This document shows, one piece after another, positions 11,090 to 26,000 of a stretch of 64,000 nt of DNA; position 1 is the stretch's first letter; the number at the start of each line of letters is the position of its first letter. The translations under genes and the position numbers were made by a program. This DNA comes from Lytechinus pictus. Taxonomy: Eukaryota. The notes under the pieces were generated by a model that searched no databases, had not been told where the DNA came from, and saw only the letters and a program-made list of their open reading frames with translations. The DNA is taken from the NCBI RefSeq assembly GCF_037042905.1, contig NC_087251.1, positions 27,840,001-27,904,000 on the forward strand, written 5' to 3'.

Positions 11090-14000
11090 GCTGCAGAAGG
11101 CAACATTGAGTACAAGGTGAGTTTCTTCTCTACACTTAAAAAAGTCACACCCATGTATAGTAAATCACGTGTTTGTGTTACTATTTCACTGAAGTGTTTG
11201 TTAAGAATGTGTGATTTCCAGGTAGATGCAATATAAAATCGGGAATCCAGTCTGAGCATACATGTATGTAATGTCAATAAAAAGGAGAATTGATAATATG
11301 AGGATTGTTTTAAAGCCTGTTTTCAGCTCAGGTAAAAGATCAGTAATGTGAACTATAATTGAGTTTCATCGAACATGATCCTTCATACCACAACCGTTTT
11401 GAGGCACATGCATTAATGTAAATTAAGTAGAAGAGTGGCATTCCCTTTTTTTTGGGGGGGGGGGGGACTTACCAAAACTAAAGATTGGCTTTTAATATGA
11501 TGTAATAGGATGAAAACAGATACACTTTATATAATTAGTAAATAGTAACATTTGGCTTCTACACTACTGTTGATTTTTATGGAATATAGGAATCTTCAAT
11601 TTACAACATTACACTGAAATTCAAAGGCAACAGAAAGGTAATTTAAACTACATGTGTGGATGGAAATCCCCCCCCCCCCAAAAAAAAAAAAAAAAGAATA
11701 ATAATAATAATAAATAAATGAATAAAATAAATAAATGAAATAAATAAAAAATGAAATAAATGAATGAATAAAATAAATGAATAAAAATAAATAAATGAAT
11801 AAATAAAGTAAAATAAAAATGAATAACTAAAGTAAATACATAAATAAGTGATTAAAAAAATTAGATAATGAAGTGAATAAATATAATAAAAATTGTTAAT
11901 TGATATTAAGAGAAAATAAAATTAGTAAAACAAAACCTTGAATCAGAGTAAAACTGACCAAATCTACCAGCAGTGTAGAGAGTTAAAGTCTTGCAATACA
12001 GAACTGTTGACAATGTGTATTTTATTTCATGTCTGTTATCAACAGATTTTCAACTGCCTTTGTTGTGTTTGCCATTAGATACAGTACGTGTAGTAGTAGT
12101 AGTAAAGAAAATGGTCCAAAAAGTGTTTAGAATATTAAGAGTTTAATTTGCATTTAATAAAACAGAATCTGGGAACTGTATTTTAAATACTATATTATGT
12201 ACAAATGTAACAGAGGCTGTTACAGAGCCCAAATTCAATTAGTTTTCATCTGTTAATGCTCATTGTGTGTGTGTCATGGGTGTTGTTGGTTCCTATGTCC
12301 AGGGTTTGTTTATTATTGTACTGAAGATGATAACAAAAGATAGTTGACTCATCTGGTATTTGGACACATGTCATAGGGTTGTGTAATATACACATGTATA
12401 CAGTTGTGTATGATTGTACGCCTTGCTGGCTTAGGTGTATTATCTTCCTGTGTTATTGGCAGCTGTATCAAGGATTCATTACTGTTATGACTTGAAAAAT
12501 CACAATCATAACTTACCTGTAGCTTGCATTTCAGTGTCAGCTAGCTACACAAAACATATTCTACTGCAATTGAATTCTGCTTGATAGTATTGTCTAGCCT
12601 GCATTATGATTATACATGTAGCAGAAGCAAAATTGAATTGAAATTGAAAATATTTGACATTTCAATGTCGTGAAGTCTAAACGTAAACACTCTTGCTAAT
12701 GTATGTATGACCTGCATGTATATTGTAGTTGTCTAAAATGGCAAGGGGTATCGTTCCTCTTGTTATCGTCATCGTCCTCAGTAATTATTATTGTTTATTT
12801 TTTTCATTGTTATTGTTACAATTATCATTATGTTGAATATTGTGGAATGTATAGCTCAAAAGGCTTAACCCCCCCCCCCCACAGTTTGTTTATATTATTG
12901 TTCACAACAGTCATAACAGAGATGCCTGACTCCACAGGACTTTAACTGGCATTTGGGTCAGATGTCAATGACGTGATCTATAATTGTATAGCTACAGTAT
13001 GACATCCTACCAGGGTGTTGTGCTAATTGTAATCAAAGGTCAACCAGCTGTTTGGGGGGGGGGGCATGTTCAGGCAGTTGGTTCAACCCTGGAGTTTCCT
13101 TGAAAAGCAGAAGTGCGCAACAGCCTCTCTTCTAATAATGCTGCATTATTTTAGCGTGCTTTGAGTTCAAGACATCCGATTAAAAGTGATTAGTACTATA
13201 AGCAAGTATAATATGTACATGTGTCCTCCAAACTCCAAAGTCTCTCATTTTCATGTGGACACATATATCTAACACTACAGTCTATCCCGCGATGCTGTGC
13301 ATGTATCTAAAGCAGAATAAAGATGTCATGCATAGTTCAGTAGTCTTAGAAAGTATTCCCACCAGAAAATTATTACCATAAATGCCTACGACATGTATGT
13401 GTACAGTATGAATTTTGAGCACCCCTTGCATAGTGGCAAAAGGCCAGACCAGATTTTCAGGTGCACAGTGTAATAAAAATCATGTTTGATTTTTAGTATT
13501 CAAATTATTTTTGAATAATTTAAATTATTAATTTGTTAGTCTCTCATGCCCCTGTAATACATCATAGGAAATAAATGAGAGTGACGATGAGTTGCCCAAG
13601 AGACCTGTCACAAACAATATTCTAGAAAATCAATATTCTAACTACACTGTATGGCAGAATAATGGTACTTGCTTTTAGTGCATAATTGCTTGTTACCCCC
13701 AAAAGGTAGCCATGTAAATGAGAGAAATAACCCCCCCCAAAAAAAAAAAAAAAAAAATAATAATAATAATAATAATAATGAATAAATAAAAATAAAATAA
13801 AAAATCTGCAATTGCCCCAATGTTGAAAAAAAAGATAGCCCTCAGAAATAAAGATTATTTCCCACCCTGCTGTAACATAAAAATACAATAAATCATATGA
13901 TTAAGCATACTTATGTAACTCTATGGTGCAAACCGTGATTAAAAAGTTGATACAATCAGTTCTTTATTGTACCTACATAGATTTGCATGTACATGTATAC

Positions 14001-17000
14001 ACATAGGTGCCAATATTGTTTTCAAAATCAAAATATTAGTTTCTAAATTGCTATGAAAAAGTAGTTTAAATGGGTACATAACTGTAGAATCACAAAAAAT
14101 GTCTTCATTTTAAAACATGTTTGCTACTTTATGGTTTTGTTTTCAATGTCATGTTAGAAAATGTTAACTTGTTCAGGATATTATCAGCATGTGTGCTGTG
14201 TATTTTTTTTCACATGGAACTTTAAAAATATCTTTTTATTTTAGTCTACATTTATATTCAAGAAAAAGCATCACATGAAAAAAAATATCATGTATAGTAA
14301 TGAGTTCATGAAAGTACTGCACTGTTTGTCTGGTTTTCTTTCCCCTTTCCTTGCGAGGCCTTTATCAATTTCGAGCTCTCAGCTTAAGATAATGGTCTCT
14401 CACATTTCAAAATGTATATATTTTGATATATGTATATATATATTTTTTTTCTATTTTGATAATAAAAAGAAATTCATCAGGTATATATATATTTCAATTA
14501 GATTGTTAGAATGTATGTATGCATATGTTATTATGTCATTTGCTTTTTGTTATGTTATGCTTAGAAAAAATGATTACACTTATACTGTTGACTGTACTTT
14601 GTGCTTATCTTATTTTGTGTTTAGTTGAAGCTGGTGAATCCATCCAGTAGTCGCTTTGAGCACCTAGTGAGCCAGATGAAATGGAGGCTGAGGGAGGGGC
14701 AAGGAGAGGCTATCTATGAGATTGGTGTCGAAGACAATGGGATGCTAGCAGGTCTCTCCCAAGAAGAGCTGGAGGCATCACTGAATACTCTCAACAGAAT
14801 GGCAGCCAGGTATTAAAGCTTCTTGGAGGTTTTTTTTTCTGTTATCCTCAAATCGAGGTATTTATTCACAAGAACACATACAAACAATTGAAAATAATGA
14901 AACTCAATTAACAATGCAATGATTTTTTTAATATCATATTTTTCTACAATTTCCAAACTTGCTTTTTTGTTTACATAGGCTTTCTAAATAAACAATCATA
15001 GTAAGCTCTAATTCAACCCTTAAAGAATTTGCATATGTTTCCCTTTTGAAATATACTTTTTATATAATTTAGATAAATAACAAATTGAGCAATAATTAAC
15101 GTTTTTTTCATCTTTAGAAATGATAATCTTGAAAATATGATATACCAATCTTTCTATAATCTTCCAAGATAGTCGAATATGTTTACAATACAGTCTTTGA
15201 ACCTGGATATAGTTGTGGCATGGAGCAGAATTGGGGTGTCCCTGTAGAGGACAGTGTAGCTAGCTGGTCTTCCCCCAGAAGAGCTGGAGGCTTCACTGAA
15301 TACCCTCAATACCATGGCATCCAGAAGTTGAAAGAGAAATCTGAAGTGTGGTAGAGTGATATTTGTGTAGGAGACAATTAAAGATTGTTGCAAATTTGAG
15401 GAAATTGATCTTAAACCTTTTGAAAGCTATGTACCTCAATTATAGAAACTTGTGTCCTCTTGGGCTCTTTCCCTAATTTGACTTGTCTCTTTCATTGTGC
15501 TTTACTTAAGACTTGGAGCTACAACGACAATCCTGAGAGAGCGATGTGTAGATTGTGAAGGAGAAAACACTGGGAAGAAAGCCTGTGAAGTACTTGTGAG
15601 GAGAGTACCTGATGACCAACAGGTAACATTGCTTTAATTCATCCTTCAAATCCTAATGTCTTTCAAGTAGGCAGAAATCTGTTTGCCACTCTCCACCCGG
15701 ATGAATAGGCACCATAGAGTTGTAAAATTTTATGAGTTTTTGTCTCGCCTGCATAGCAGAGCGAGACTATAGGCGCCACTTTTCCGACGGCGGCGGCGGC
15801 GTCAACATCAAATCTTAACCTAAGGTTAAGTTTTTGAAATGACATCATAACTTAAAAAGTATATGGACCTAGTTCATGAAACTTGGACATAAGGTTAATC
15901 AAGTATTACTGAACATCCTGCCTGAGTTTCAGGTCACATGACTAAGGTCAAAGGTCATTTAGGGTCAATGAACTTAGACCATGTTGGGAGAATTATTTTC
16001 AAAATCTTAACCGAAGGTTAAGTTTTTGAAATGACATCATAACTTAGAAAGTATATGGACCTAGTTCATGAAACTTGGGCATAAGGTTAATCAAGTATTA
16101 GTGAACATCCTGCTCGAGTTTCAGGTCACATGACCAAGGTCAAAGGTCATTTAGGGTCAATGAACTTTGGTCAAGTTGGGGGTATTTGTTGAATTACTAT
16201 CATACATTTGAAAATTTATGGATCTAGTTCATGAAACTTGGACATAAGGTTAATCAAGTATTAGTGAACATCCTTCCTGAGTTTCAGGTCACATGACCAA
16301 GGTCAAAGGTCATTTAGGGTCAATGAACTTTGGCCAAGTTGGGGGTATTTGTTGAATTACCTTCATAACTTTGAAAATTTATGGATGTAGTTCATGAAAC
16401 TTGGACATTAGGTTAATCAAGTACCACTGAATATCCTGTGCGAGTTTCAGGTCACATGACCATGGTCAATGGTCATTTAAGGTCAATGAACTTTGGCCGT
16501 GTTGGGGGTCTTTGTTAAATTACCATCCTAACTCTGAAGGTTTATGGATCTAGTTCATAAAACTTGGATATAAGAGTAATCAAGTATCACTGAACATCCC
16601 CTGTGAGTTTCAGGTCACAAAACCAAGGTCAAAGGTCAGTTAAGGTCAATAAACTTAGGCCATGTTGGGGTAATTGTTGAATTGCCATCATAACTTTGAA
16701 AGTTTATGGATAGAGTGAATGAAATGTGGAGATGGGTGTAGTTGACAAGTCTTAAGTCACCGTTCATATGTCATCTATGGTCAATTAACGTGGTATTATG
16801 TCATTATATGAATGGTGTTTTTGTGAATGATTATTTTATAGTAGTTTTCAAAGTTAGCACTGCTGCTATATTAAATCGCGTAATGCAGGCGAGACTGCCA
16901 GAGGCGTTCCACTTGTTATTACTTTTTTTCCACAAAAGTTTTTGATGGTTTTCATGGAAAGTGCTCTTTTCCCTAAGACCCTAATAATGCTTTTTATCCC

Positions 17001-20000
17001 TCTGCCCTAAGTAGGTGATTGCTGGTGACAATGTGTTAAGGCATGGTAGCCCCCATGAAAAGGTCACCAGAAATGAATTTTCAGCTCAATATTCCTACTG
17101 AGAGAGGATGTTTTCAGCTTTAAGATGGTATTTCTAATGTATTGTGTTTGAGAATGTCGTGTAGACACTCCAAATATCAGCCTTTTGATTGCCATATGAA
17201 TGTATTAAATACCATTGTTGAATCTAGTATATTCATGTAATACTAAAATGTACACTTGAAAAGATTAGGCCCACTTTTTTCAATGACCTCATAGTGATAC
17301 TAAAAAAAAACACAGCTGAAATGTTTGGTCGATATTGTGAAAATCATCTCCCTGTTTTTGCCTTGCATAGTTCATAGATCTTAGGATAGCAGTACTAGGT
17401 AATGTGGAAGCAGGGAAAAGCACTCTCCTTGGGGTCTTGACACAGGGTGAGCTGGACAATGGCAGGGGGAGGGCACGACTGAATCTCTTCCGCCATCTAC
17501 ATGAAATCCAGTCGGGAAGGACATCAAGTATTAGCCATGAGATACTAGGATTCAATAGCAGAGGAAAGGTATGTATTTTCCTTCAGATATTTATGTGGTT
17601 GGTGGGCTGATAAATCCTGTATCTCAAAGTTTGAATATCTTGGTGACTGCTCAGAATAAGCTATATTCTAGAGTTATAACATGGGTAGCAACCTTCTTTT
17701 GCCTTGAGAGATTTCTGCAAAGGTATCAGGAGACTGTTTTCAGACAATATGAGACTGCCACCATTGCTATAATTTTGAAATACAGCCTTTTCTAAGCCGA
17801 CCTAAATTTTCTTTTAATTTTGAGATACAAGGTTTTATCAGCCCAGCCACGATATGATATGAAATTGTACTGAATAGTATTAACATTTCTCGAAGGGTAT
17901 TCCAATCCAAACGAGAAAAAGAGTGATGAAATTCAAAATTAATCATAAAATGCTTTTAATGAGGTTTATGAGATTACTCGATTTATTAGTCACCAGGAAA
18001 TTACCCTCTATTGTGTATACATTCTCCTTTTCTTCTATATGGGGTTTTTAATGGGAGATACAATTAAAATTGTATTATATGATCAATTCTTTTCAAATTA
18101 GAAATGCAATCGTGGAAAATACATTTTTTTTTTATTGAATTTAAACCTTGGTAATTCTATTTCTGTCTTTTTCATACTAGTTGTTTGTTACATAAAATTA
18201 TGATGTTAATTCCACATGAAACTTTACAATATAGCTTTAGTGTGATCACTAAAATGTAACTTACTGACAAAGTTACCTTGAGAAGTGTTTACAAACACAG
18301 TTGTAGCACTCCAAGGCCATATGTGTTGACAAAAGGATATTATGTAACAGTGGCCTGATTACCCTGTACTGGAGTTCTTAAACTGCAGTCAGCTGATACC
18401 TGCTTTCATTATAATTCTCGCTACCCCAAATAGCGATTTCGCCGAGATCCGGGAAAATCCCTGTAACGCGCATTGCATTATGGGATAGCTTTTCGGTATT
18501 ACAATTTCCTGATCGGAAGTCCAATGCACTGTTTTGCCATTCAGATCAACAGTGCCGTCATGCACAACAACACAACGTGGCTTTCGCTCGGAAAGTTCGT
18601 GATCACAACCTTCTCTTTCACATTTTCATGTGAAATATATTTTTTATTTATAATTCAAATGGAATCAAAACTGACCAAATTAGATAAAAAGTATTATAAT
18701 CTGTACATATTACGCTGATTGGCATCGATTTCAGCGTGGTGGACTCAGTATCGCGAACCTCGCGCGAGCATGACTCTGAACCGGAAGTGGTGATGACGAC
18801 CCGACGGAGTGAAAATTATCTCGTCTCGCGCATTATGAGATGTTTGTTCCTATTTGGGGTAGCGAGAATTGCAAACCCAAAATCCCAGCCCCCCCCCCTT
18901 CTAAGTACTTATTTACCTTAATTGTATTGTGTGAATGAATGTGTGATTTTAATCTGCTGGGAGTAGCCCTCCTTAATCCCTTTTCTTCAGGTTATTATGT
19001 GAGTGTAACCCACTACCATATGTTTTTTTAATGACTTGAAGATTTACTGAAAGTGTACAATTTTGTGTATTGATACCCTCATATTATGCAATTTATTTGG
19101 ATTTTTACTTGTCTATGGATCTCTTTTTTAGGGACTCACTCTTGGTGTCTTGAAATAATGTGGTCTAGTGGTTAGAGCATTGGATTCATGATTGAGAAGT
19201 TGCAGGTTCAAATATCTGCTCAGCCATAACCTCCGATGTAACTAAAAAACTCAAAGAGTAATTTCTGTGGTCCATAAGGCCACTATGACTGTTAAAACTT
19301 GGACGTTTGGACTTGGCATTAATGCGGGGGAATGCTGAGCTGCCGAGTTCCTAAAGGGGTTACTTCAAACGAAACAAAATACAAATCTGTTCTTGCTAAC
19401 AGTTGTATTTCACCTTTCTTCAGCCATTCCTCTTCTTTTTGTGCCTGCTTACGAGATACTTAACAGACTGTGCTGGTGTTCTGTGCTTAATTTCTGTATC
19501 AACCTAGCCTCACTACTACAATATCTTTGTATCTCCCTGTAAATTACAGGTTATCAACTATTGCGATTCTCAGCAAGGTTGCTTAACAGCAGAGGAAATC
19601 TGTGAGAATGCCTCTAAGCTAATCACACTGCTAGACCTTGCTGGACATCAGAAATACATCAAGACGACCATCTTTGGTCTCATGGGATACTCGCCTGACT
19701 TTGCCATGCTTGTGATCAGTGCAAGCACAGGAATCGGTAAGTATATTGTACTTTCAACCACTTGCAGATCAAGGGGGGGGGGGGGCACAGCCAGCCCGTG
19801 CCCCCCCCCCTTTTGAGAAGCAAAATTAAAATTTGTAATGTAAAATGCCATTAAAACCAAAATGTGCCCCCCCCCCCCTTTGAAAGTGAGGACTTTTTTT
19901 TTTTTTTTTTTTGCTTGTCAAATTTTTCCTCTGAAATGTGTGCCTCCCTCCTTTTGGGAAATCATGGATCCATCCCTGCTTTCAACTTTGGTATAATACT

Positions 20001-23000
20001 TTTGGTGTTAATGTCAAGCATGAGTAACTTCGTCACGTCGGTGCAAGAATGCCCTTAACACCACACTTTTGTGCATCACATGCTTGCAGAAACGTCCTTG
20101 GCAGGATGCATAAGTGCATCTTGAGAGGGCATTTCTGCACCGATACATGCATGAAAATGTTTTGCCCAGGGCGTTCTTGCACCAAAACGACAACTTACCC
20201 AAATGGAAATCATAAAAATCTTAAATTTGTTGCACCTGAAAGGATATATCATCGGCTGTCCAGGGTAGAAGTAATGGTGACAGTGTGTGTGTATATGATG
20301 TGCAAGTAAAACAAGCCAGACATCTGTGAAGGTGAAGAGATGCTAACTCTACAGCATAGCTGGGACTCCTGATGTTATATAAAGGGCCAATATGTTTTGA
20401 ACATTAATTCTAAACTTATCATAAGAAAACATCCATGTATAAATAAACAAACTACTCATCTGTTTGCAGCCATATTTCATTTACACATCAATTACTTCAA
20501 TATTGAATGCATTATATTAAATTATCGTTGAATTCACCTTCTCATCTAAACGCCAGCATTACTTTACAATTTTATGATTACTTTTCAATCAACAACCATT
20601 AATACTCTCACCTGACTAAATTGAGCACGGTTTCTGGGGGTTATTGCATGGTATAGTGCATGAAACAAAACTTCATATTGTGTCATATCAAAACTGCAAG
20701 TTTTATATTCTCTCATATATATTTATAATCTTTGCTGTTGTGTACTACTACATGGAAACATACCCCCCCCAAAAAAAAAAAAAATAATAATAATAATATA
20801 ATAAATGAATAAAATAAAATAAATAAATAAATACAAAATACAAACTTAAAGAAAACAAAACCAAGTAAGGGATGAAAGCAATCACAAAATGAGCAGTAAC
20901 TAAATTTACAAACCTGAAGGAAACAAAACCAAACAAGGAACTATGCACCTAAAAGATATGATCATTTTTCAGATAGTAATAGCATGCATTATGCTCCAAA
21001 CATGACATAAATAGCAATCACAAAATGAACAGTAAGCAAATTTACAAACTTGTAGAAAAAACAAACAAGGAATTATGCACCCAAAAATTTTTAGCTCTTT
21101 TGAGATAGAAATGGCATGCATTATGCTCTGAATGTGAACTGTAGAAACCAATCAAAAAATGAACAGTTACCATGATGAAAGTAAGAAAGGCATTACAAAG
21201 AGCTCCATCTGTAAGGTCATTAAAAGTATAACGGTATATTGAGCTCCATTATGATATTCCTAAACTGTATCTACTCTTGTAAGGTAGCCCTGACCACTCA
21301 TCCGTTGAGATCACATAGTGGACAGAAGTTATTGACCAGTTTACCAGGGTCCTCTGGACTTTCCACATCAGCATGATCTTGTAGCTTACAAAGTGCTTGA
21401 AGCTGCTGTTCTGTGACTTCTATGGGGTCTTTGAAGAGAATGAAAGTGAGACTCTTTTAGCAAGGTGGTGTGGTGAGGGAGCCCTCGTATGTCCAGTAAT
21501 CCTTTTCATTTTCTGGTAATAGAAAGCTGGGATCAAATCCCCCTCCACGGGTGCAGTACAATTCTTGTTTTGAGTCTTCTTCAAGCAAGGCACAAGCTTT
21601 TCAAAACCTTCATGTGGTTGGATACCAGGTGGCAATGAAATATTCATGAGGATGGAATTTCATCAGGGCCTGTTGCCTTATTTGCCTCGAGTTGTTTAAG
21701 CTGCTTCACCACTCCCTGAAGACCTATTTCTAAGGCATCAATAGGTGTATAAGGGCTCCGTCCTAGACAGGGGAGTTAGTTTGCATCATCTTTTCGAAAA
21801 CAGATGAAAACTGTCTGTTGAGTTTTCTGGTTATTTGTAAAATACGATGTCTCATTCCACTTCAGCGTAGGTATGCTGATAAAGTCCTGTCTACGGTTTT
21901 TCACATATGTCCAGAACTTTTCACCATATGTTTTCAAGCTATTGCCAATGACATAATTCATGTAGTCATGATGGGATTCCCTCAACGCTTTCTGAATTTC
22001 TCTCCTCTTGGCCTTTTAGTTTTCCCATAATCCATCTGTCCTCTCCCTCAAGGCTTTACACATTTATACATTACCTATAGAAGGGAATTTTAACCATTTT
22101 TTCACATATCAATGTCTTGTCATTAAAAATTTCACTAGCATTTGTCATGGTTCTTTTAATATTGAATCCAGAAATGCAAGTGAGGTTATTCCTTTGGATT
22201 GGGAAGTGGCACCCTAATATCAGCAGACCAAAGGGTGGCTAAGTCATGTCTTGGCTCTATTTCATGTAACTTTTTTATTATTAAAAATTAATAACATTTC
22301 GAACTTGTGACTTGTTAGTATTCACCTCAGTTCAATTCCCACATTGTCACAAAATTTATTTTGGTGAGATATTAATCTAAATTTGCCACCTTCAAGCAGA
22401 TGTAACTGGGTACTGGCAAGAAGGAGATCCTTGTATACTGTGAACACTGTAATGTTTAGCCCAGCTAAGTCAGGGTAATATTTTGGCAGCTTTAGCAACA
22501 TGTTTAGTGATATGTGCTCTACACTGCTTTACAATATTATCATTATCAATTCCCTTTGAATCCTCAAAAACTCAAGAACCCTTTTAAAATGATATACATC
22601 TACATACAACAGCACATCCTGATAGTAAGTCTTGATTCTGATATTCTCTTGCTTCCTAGCCGGTACAACCAGGGAACATATAGGACTTGCCATGGCCCTC
22701 CAGGTCCCCATCTTCATCGTGGTCAGCAAGATGGACATCTGCTGTCCATCGGTCAGGCAGCGGACAATCTCTCAGCTGACCAGGCTATTGACTGGTCCTG
22801 GCTGCAAGAAGGTCCCTTACCAAGTCAACAATGAAGATGATGCTGTCACAGCGGCAATCAACTTCAACAACTCCAAGTATGTTGTAGTTCTTCAGTGCCA
22901 TTTATAGTTGTTTGAAATATCTATGCACAGAAGTCAATTAAAGCAATAATATCATCAGCTTTCATTTGGGAAGTTGATACCATTCATGTATATATTCAGT

Positions 23001-26000
23001 AACACATTGCTGGGCTGTTTAACTTTGTTTCTCAAAATTAAAAAAATTCTAGGTTAGCTGAGAAAACTTTTAATTTGGAGAAAGGACATATGTAGCAAGT
23101 TAGCAACATTCTTTTGCCTTGAAAGAGTTCCCTACAGGAATTAGGAAACCGTTTTCAGACAATATAAGGTTGCCATTATCGCTATTTTTCTATTAAAAAT
23201 AAGCCTTTTCTGAACTGCCTTAAATTTTTGAAAATTTTGATACACAAGTTTTTAACAGCTCAGCGACAAACAGGTGTTGTCCATCACCCAGGAAGAAAGA
23301 AGATTTTTAGTGCACTGTATATTCCACTAATTGCCTCAAATGGTAGAGTCATTTCTCTCTGTACCTACCTGACAAAGCCTATAGTGAGGGTCAATGAGTT
23401 TTATGGCATTGTTGCTTCAGTATTCTTGCTTTTATCAGAAAATTTCTTTCTCTCCATTATGAAATATATACTCCACATAATGCTCAGGTTTATTCATAAA
23501 TTATTGGATTAATAATCAAAACTATCAACTGCACATTCAAGTGCTATATGTGATGTAATGGCTCAGTGAGACAAGGCACAACGAGGCTTGGCAATATTTC
23601 TGCTTATAAAGTAAATGGTCTATGATGCAAAGAAAAAATTTGCGGAGATAAAAGACATTGTTTTTGTCGCAATGCCAAAAGGCTGTGAACTATTGAAATT
23701 ATTTTGAAAAAGTTACCGCAAAATTATGTGACCAAAGTTGCATGGTCAAACTCGTACCATCATTCAGCAAGACTCATGATGTCATACATGTAATCATTAT
23801 GATGTCATGAGTTTGTCTGCAATTGATGTTAGTTGGGAATTGGGGGCTTGTCTGAGTTGTCTCATCATGTTTGAACAATGAAAATACATTCTGAGCATTG
23901 TCACATGAAATCGGAATGAGCTCACCAAAGTTGGGATAATTTTATTGACTATCATACATACTCCTGCAATTCAAATTATATAATCAAATTTAATCAAATT
24001 CTTCCTTCCTCTGTCTCTCGTAGCATATGCCCTATCTTCTGTGTGTCCAGTGTCACAGGAGCCAACATGGAGATGCTGAAGAAATTCCTTTATGTTTTGT
24101 CTCCTGCCAACACGTCCATGGAACAGGAAAAACTAACACAGGAACTCACAGAATACCAGGTATGTCCACATGGTGTTTCATGGATCTGTTCTCAAAGTAA
24201 TACAGGACTTTATGAAAGACTGATATATGGAGTGCCAATAATAAATCCCAAAGTTATTTTCCTGAGTTTCATCAAACTCAACTCTTTCTGTTTTTCTAAT
24301 TATCTGATGTAAATATTGCAAATGAAATACTCTACAATAGCAGTGTATATCATTGAAACTTGTATATTAAGATTACCTATCATGTGATATTAATTAAAAG
24401 GGAGACAAGAGATGTATTTCTTATGAACAGGTTCCTATAATACATGACTCTTTGTGGAAAACTACTAGAGGGAAACAAAACAAAAGCCTGAAATGTATTT
24501 AAATTATGCAACATCCCAAGCCTTGAACATTCCATATATGGAACTTGAATTTATGACAAGGAACTTTCAAGTTGAATTGCCAATTTTGTACTAAAACTTA
24601 TGTACTTTTATTTACTATTTGTCTTTTTTTATTCCCAAAGGTGGATGAGGTGTACAGTGTTCCTAATGTTGGGAGAGTAGTAGGAGGTACATTATACAGG
24701 TGAGTTAATCAAATATTTGATGAATGGTTTTCATTTCATCCATGCATGTCTATGTGGTGCGGCCCAGAAAAATGAAACAGAGAATTATTGCTGATATATC
24801 ATAACTTATTCACAAATACAACAGACAAATGGCCTATTATTATAAAACTTGGAATCTCCTCATTCGCATAGTATAAGTCATATGATTCCCCATTCATGTA
24901 TGAGTAAGCAAAAATAATTTGAAGAAAGGATACCAAAAAGTCACTTGGCAGGTGGTATCTGAATTTCAAAAAGAAAATCATACGCTCAAATAATTCTATA
25001 TCTGCTCTTTAATTTGATACCCCAATCACAGAAAATAGTCAAGAAATAAAAGTTCTGTTTGTTTGAAGTAATGCTTGAATTCCTTTAGTTTTACTATAAA
25101 AAGATGTCTTACAGGATAGCTGTCAGACTTCCTCTTCACTCTGTTTTCTTGATGATGATCTGTGAAAACACATTTTGTTTAGTGAAATTATGGAAACAAA
25201 GCATTATTTCAAAGAAACAGACCTTTGTTATTTCTGGACGACTTTATGTGATTGATATATTAACTTAAAGAGCAGATATCAAACCTTTTGAAAACCTGTA
25301 TTTTTTGTTCCGACAGGGGTGTCATCAAGGAAGATGATGCACTGTTACTGGGACCGAGTGAGGAAGGAACCTTCAGCAAAGTGACCATTCAGAGTATACA
25401 CAGGAACCGGTCAGCTAGCAGGGTGGTCAGGGCTGGTCAAGCGGCCACTCTGGCTCTCGGAGAGATGGAAATGCCAGTTAGGAAGGTATATTCCCCTCTC
25501 ATTATCTCAAACATGACCTGGGTCCCGTAACACAAAGCTTAGCGATGAATAGCAAATATGAAAGAACACTTCTGCTTGGTTCCTAGTCAGTGTTTTGAAC
25601 TAAATGCATGTGTAAAATCAATTGCAGTAAAATTACAATCAGTTTCAAGTTAAAATATTTAGTTTCAATGTTAAAAACAACATAATGAATTGTTGACATT
25701 GACAAGTCGACTTGCAGAGTTTCAATACTTGTTACCTTGCTTAAACAGATTTACTCTCTAAGTTTGAACACTTCATCAAGTATTCTTGTCCCAAACAACT
25801 CAACCTGCCGAATTTCAACAACCTTTTTTAAGCTTCCATAATTAAAGATAAAAGAAATAGGTTAGCAGATTTAATATCAACCACTTAGTAGAACAAGTTG
25901 TTACTTAGAAAGATGGATGGATGGATGGAATTTATTATAATGAAAATCCAATAACATCAAAAGGCTGATTGCAAAAATTTTTACAGAGTTAATTTTCAAT

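Noticed and set aside
15846..16730. Regular repeats as a CRISPR-like array
   Set aside because: Contiguous ~163-bp tandem units without unique spacers, in a eukaryotic intron.
19158..19230. tRNA gene
   Set aside because: Degenerate head followed by an unrelated body and A-rich tail, i.e. a SINE. The same applies at 59164.
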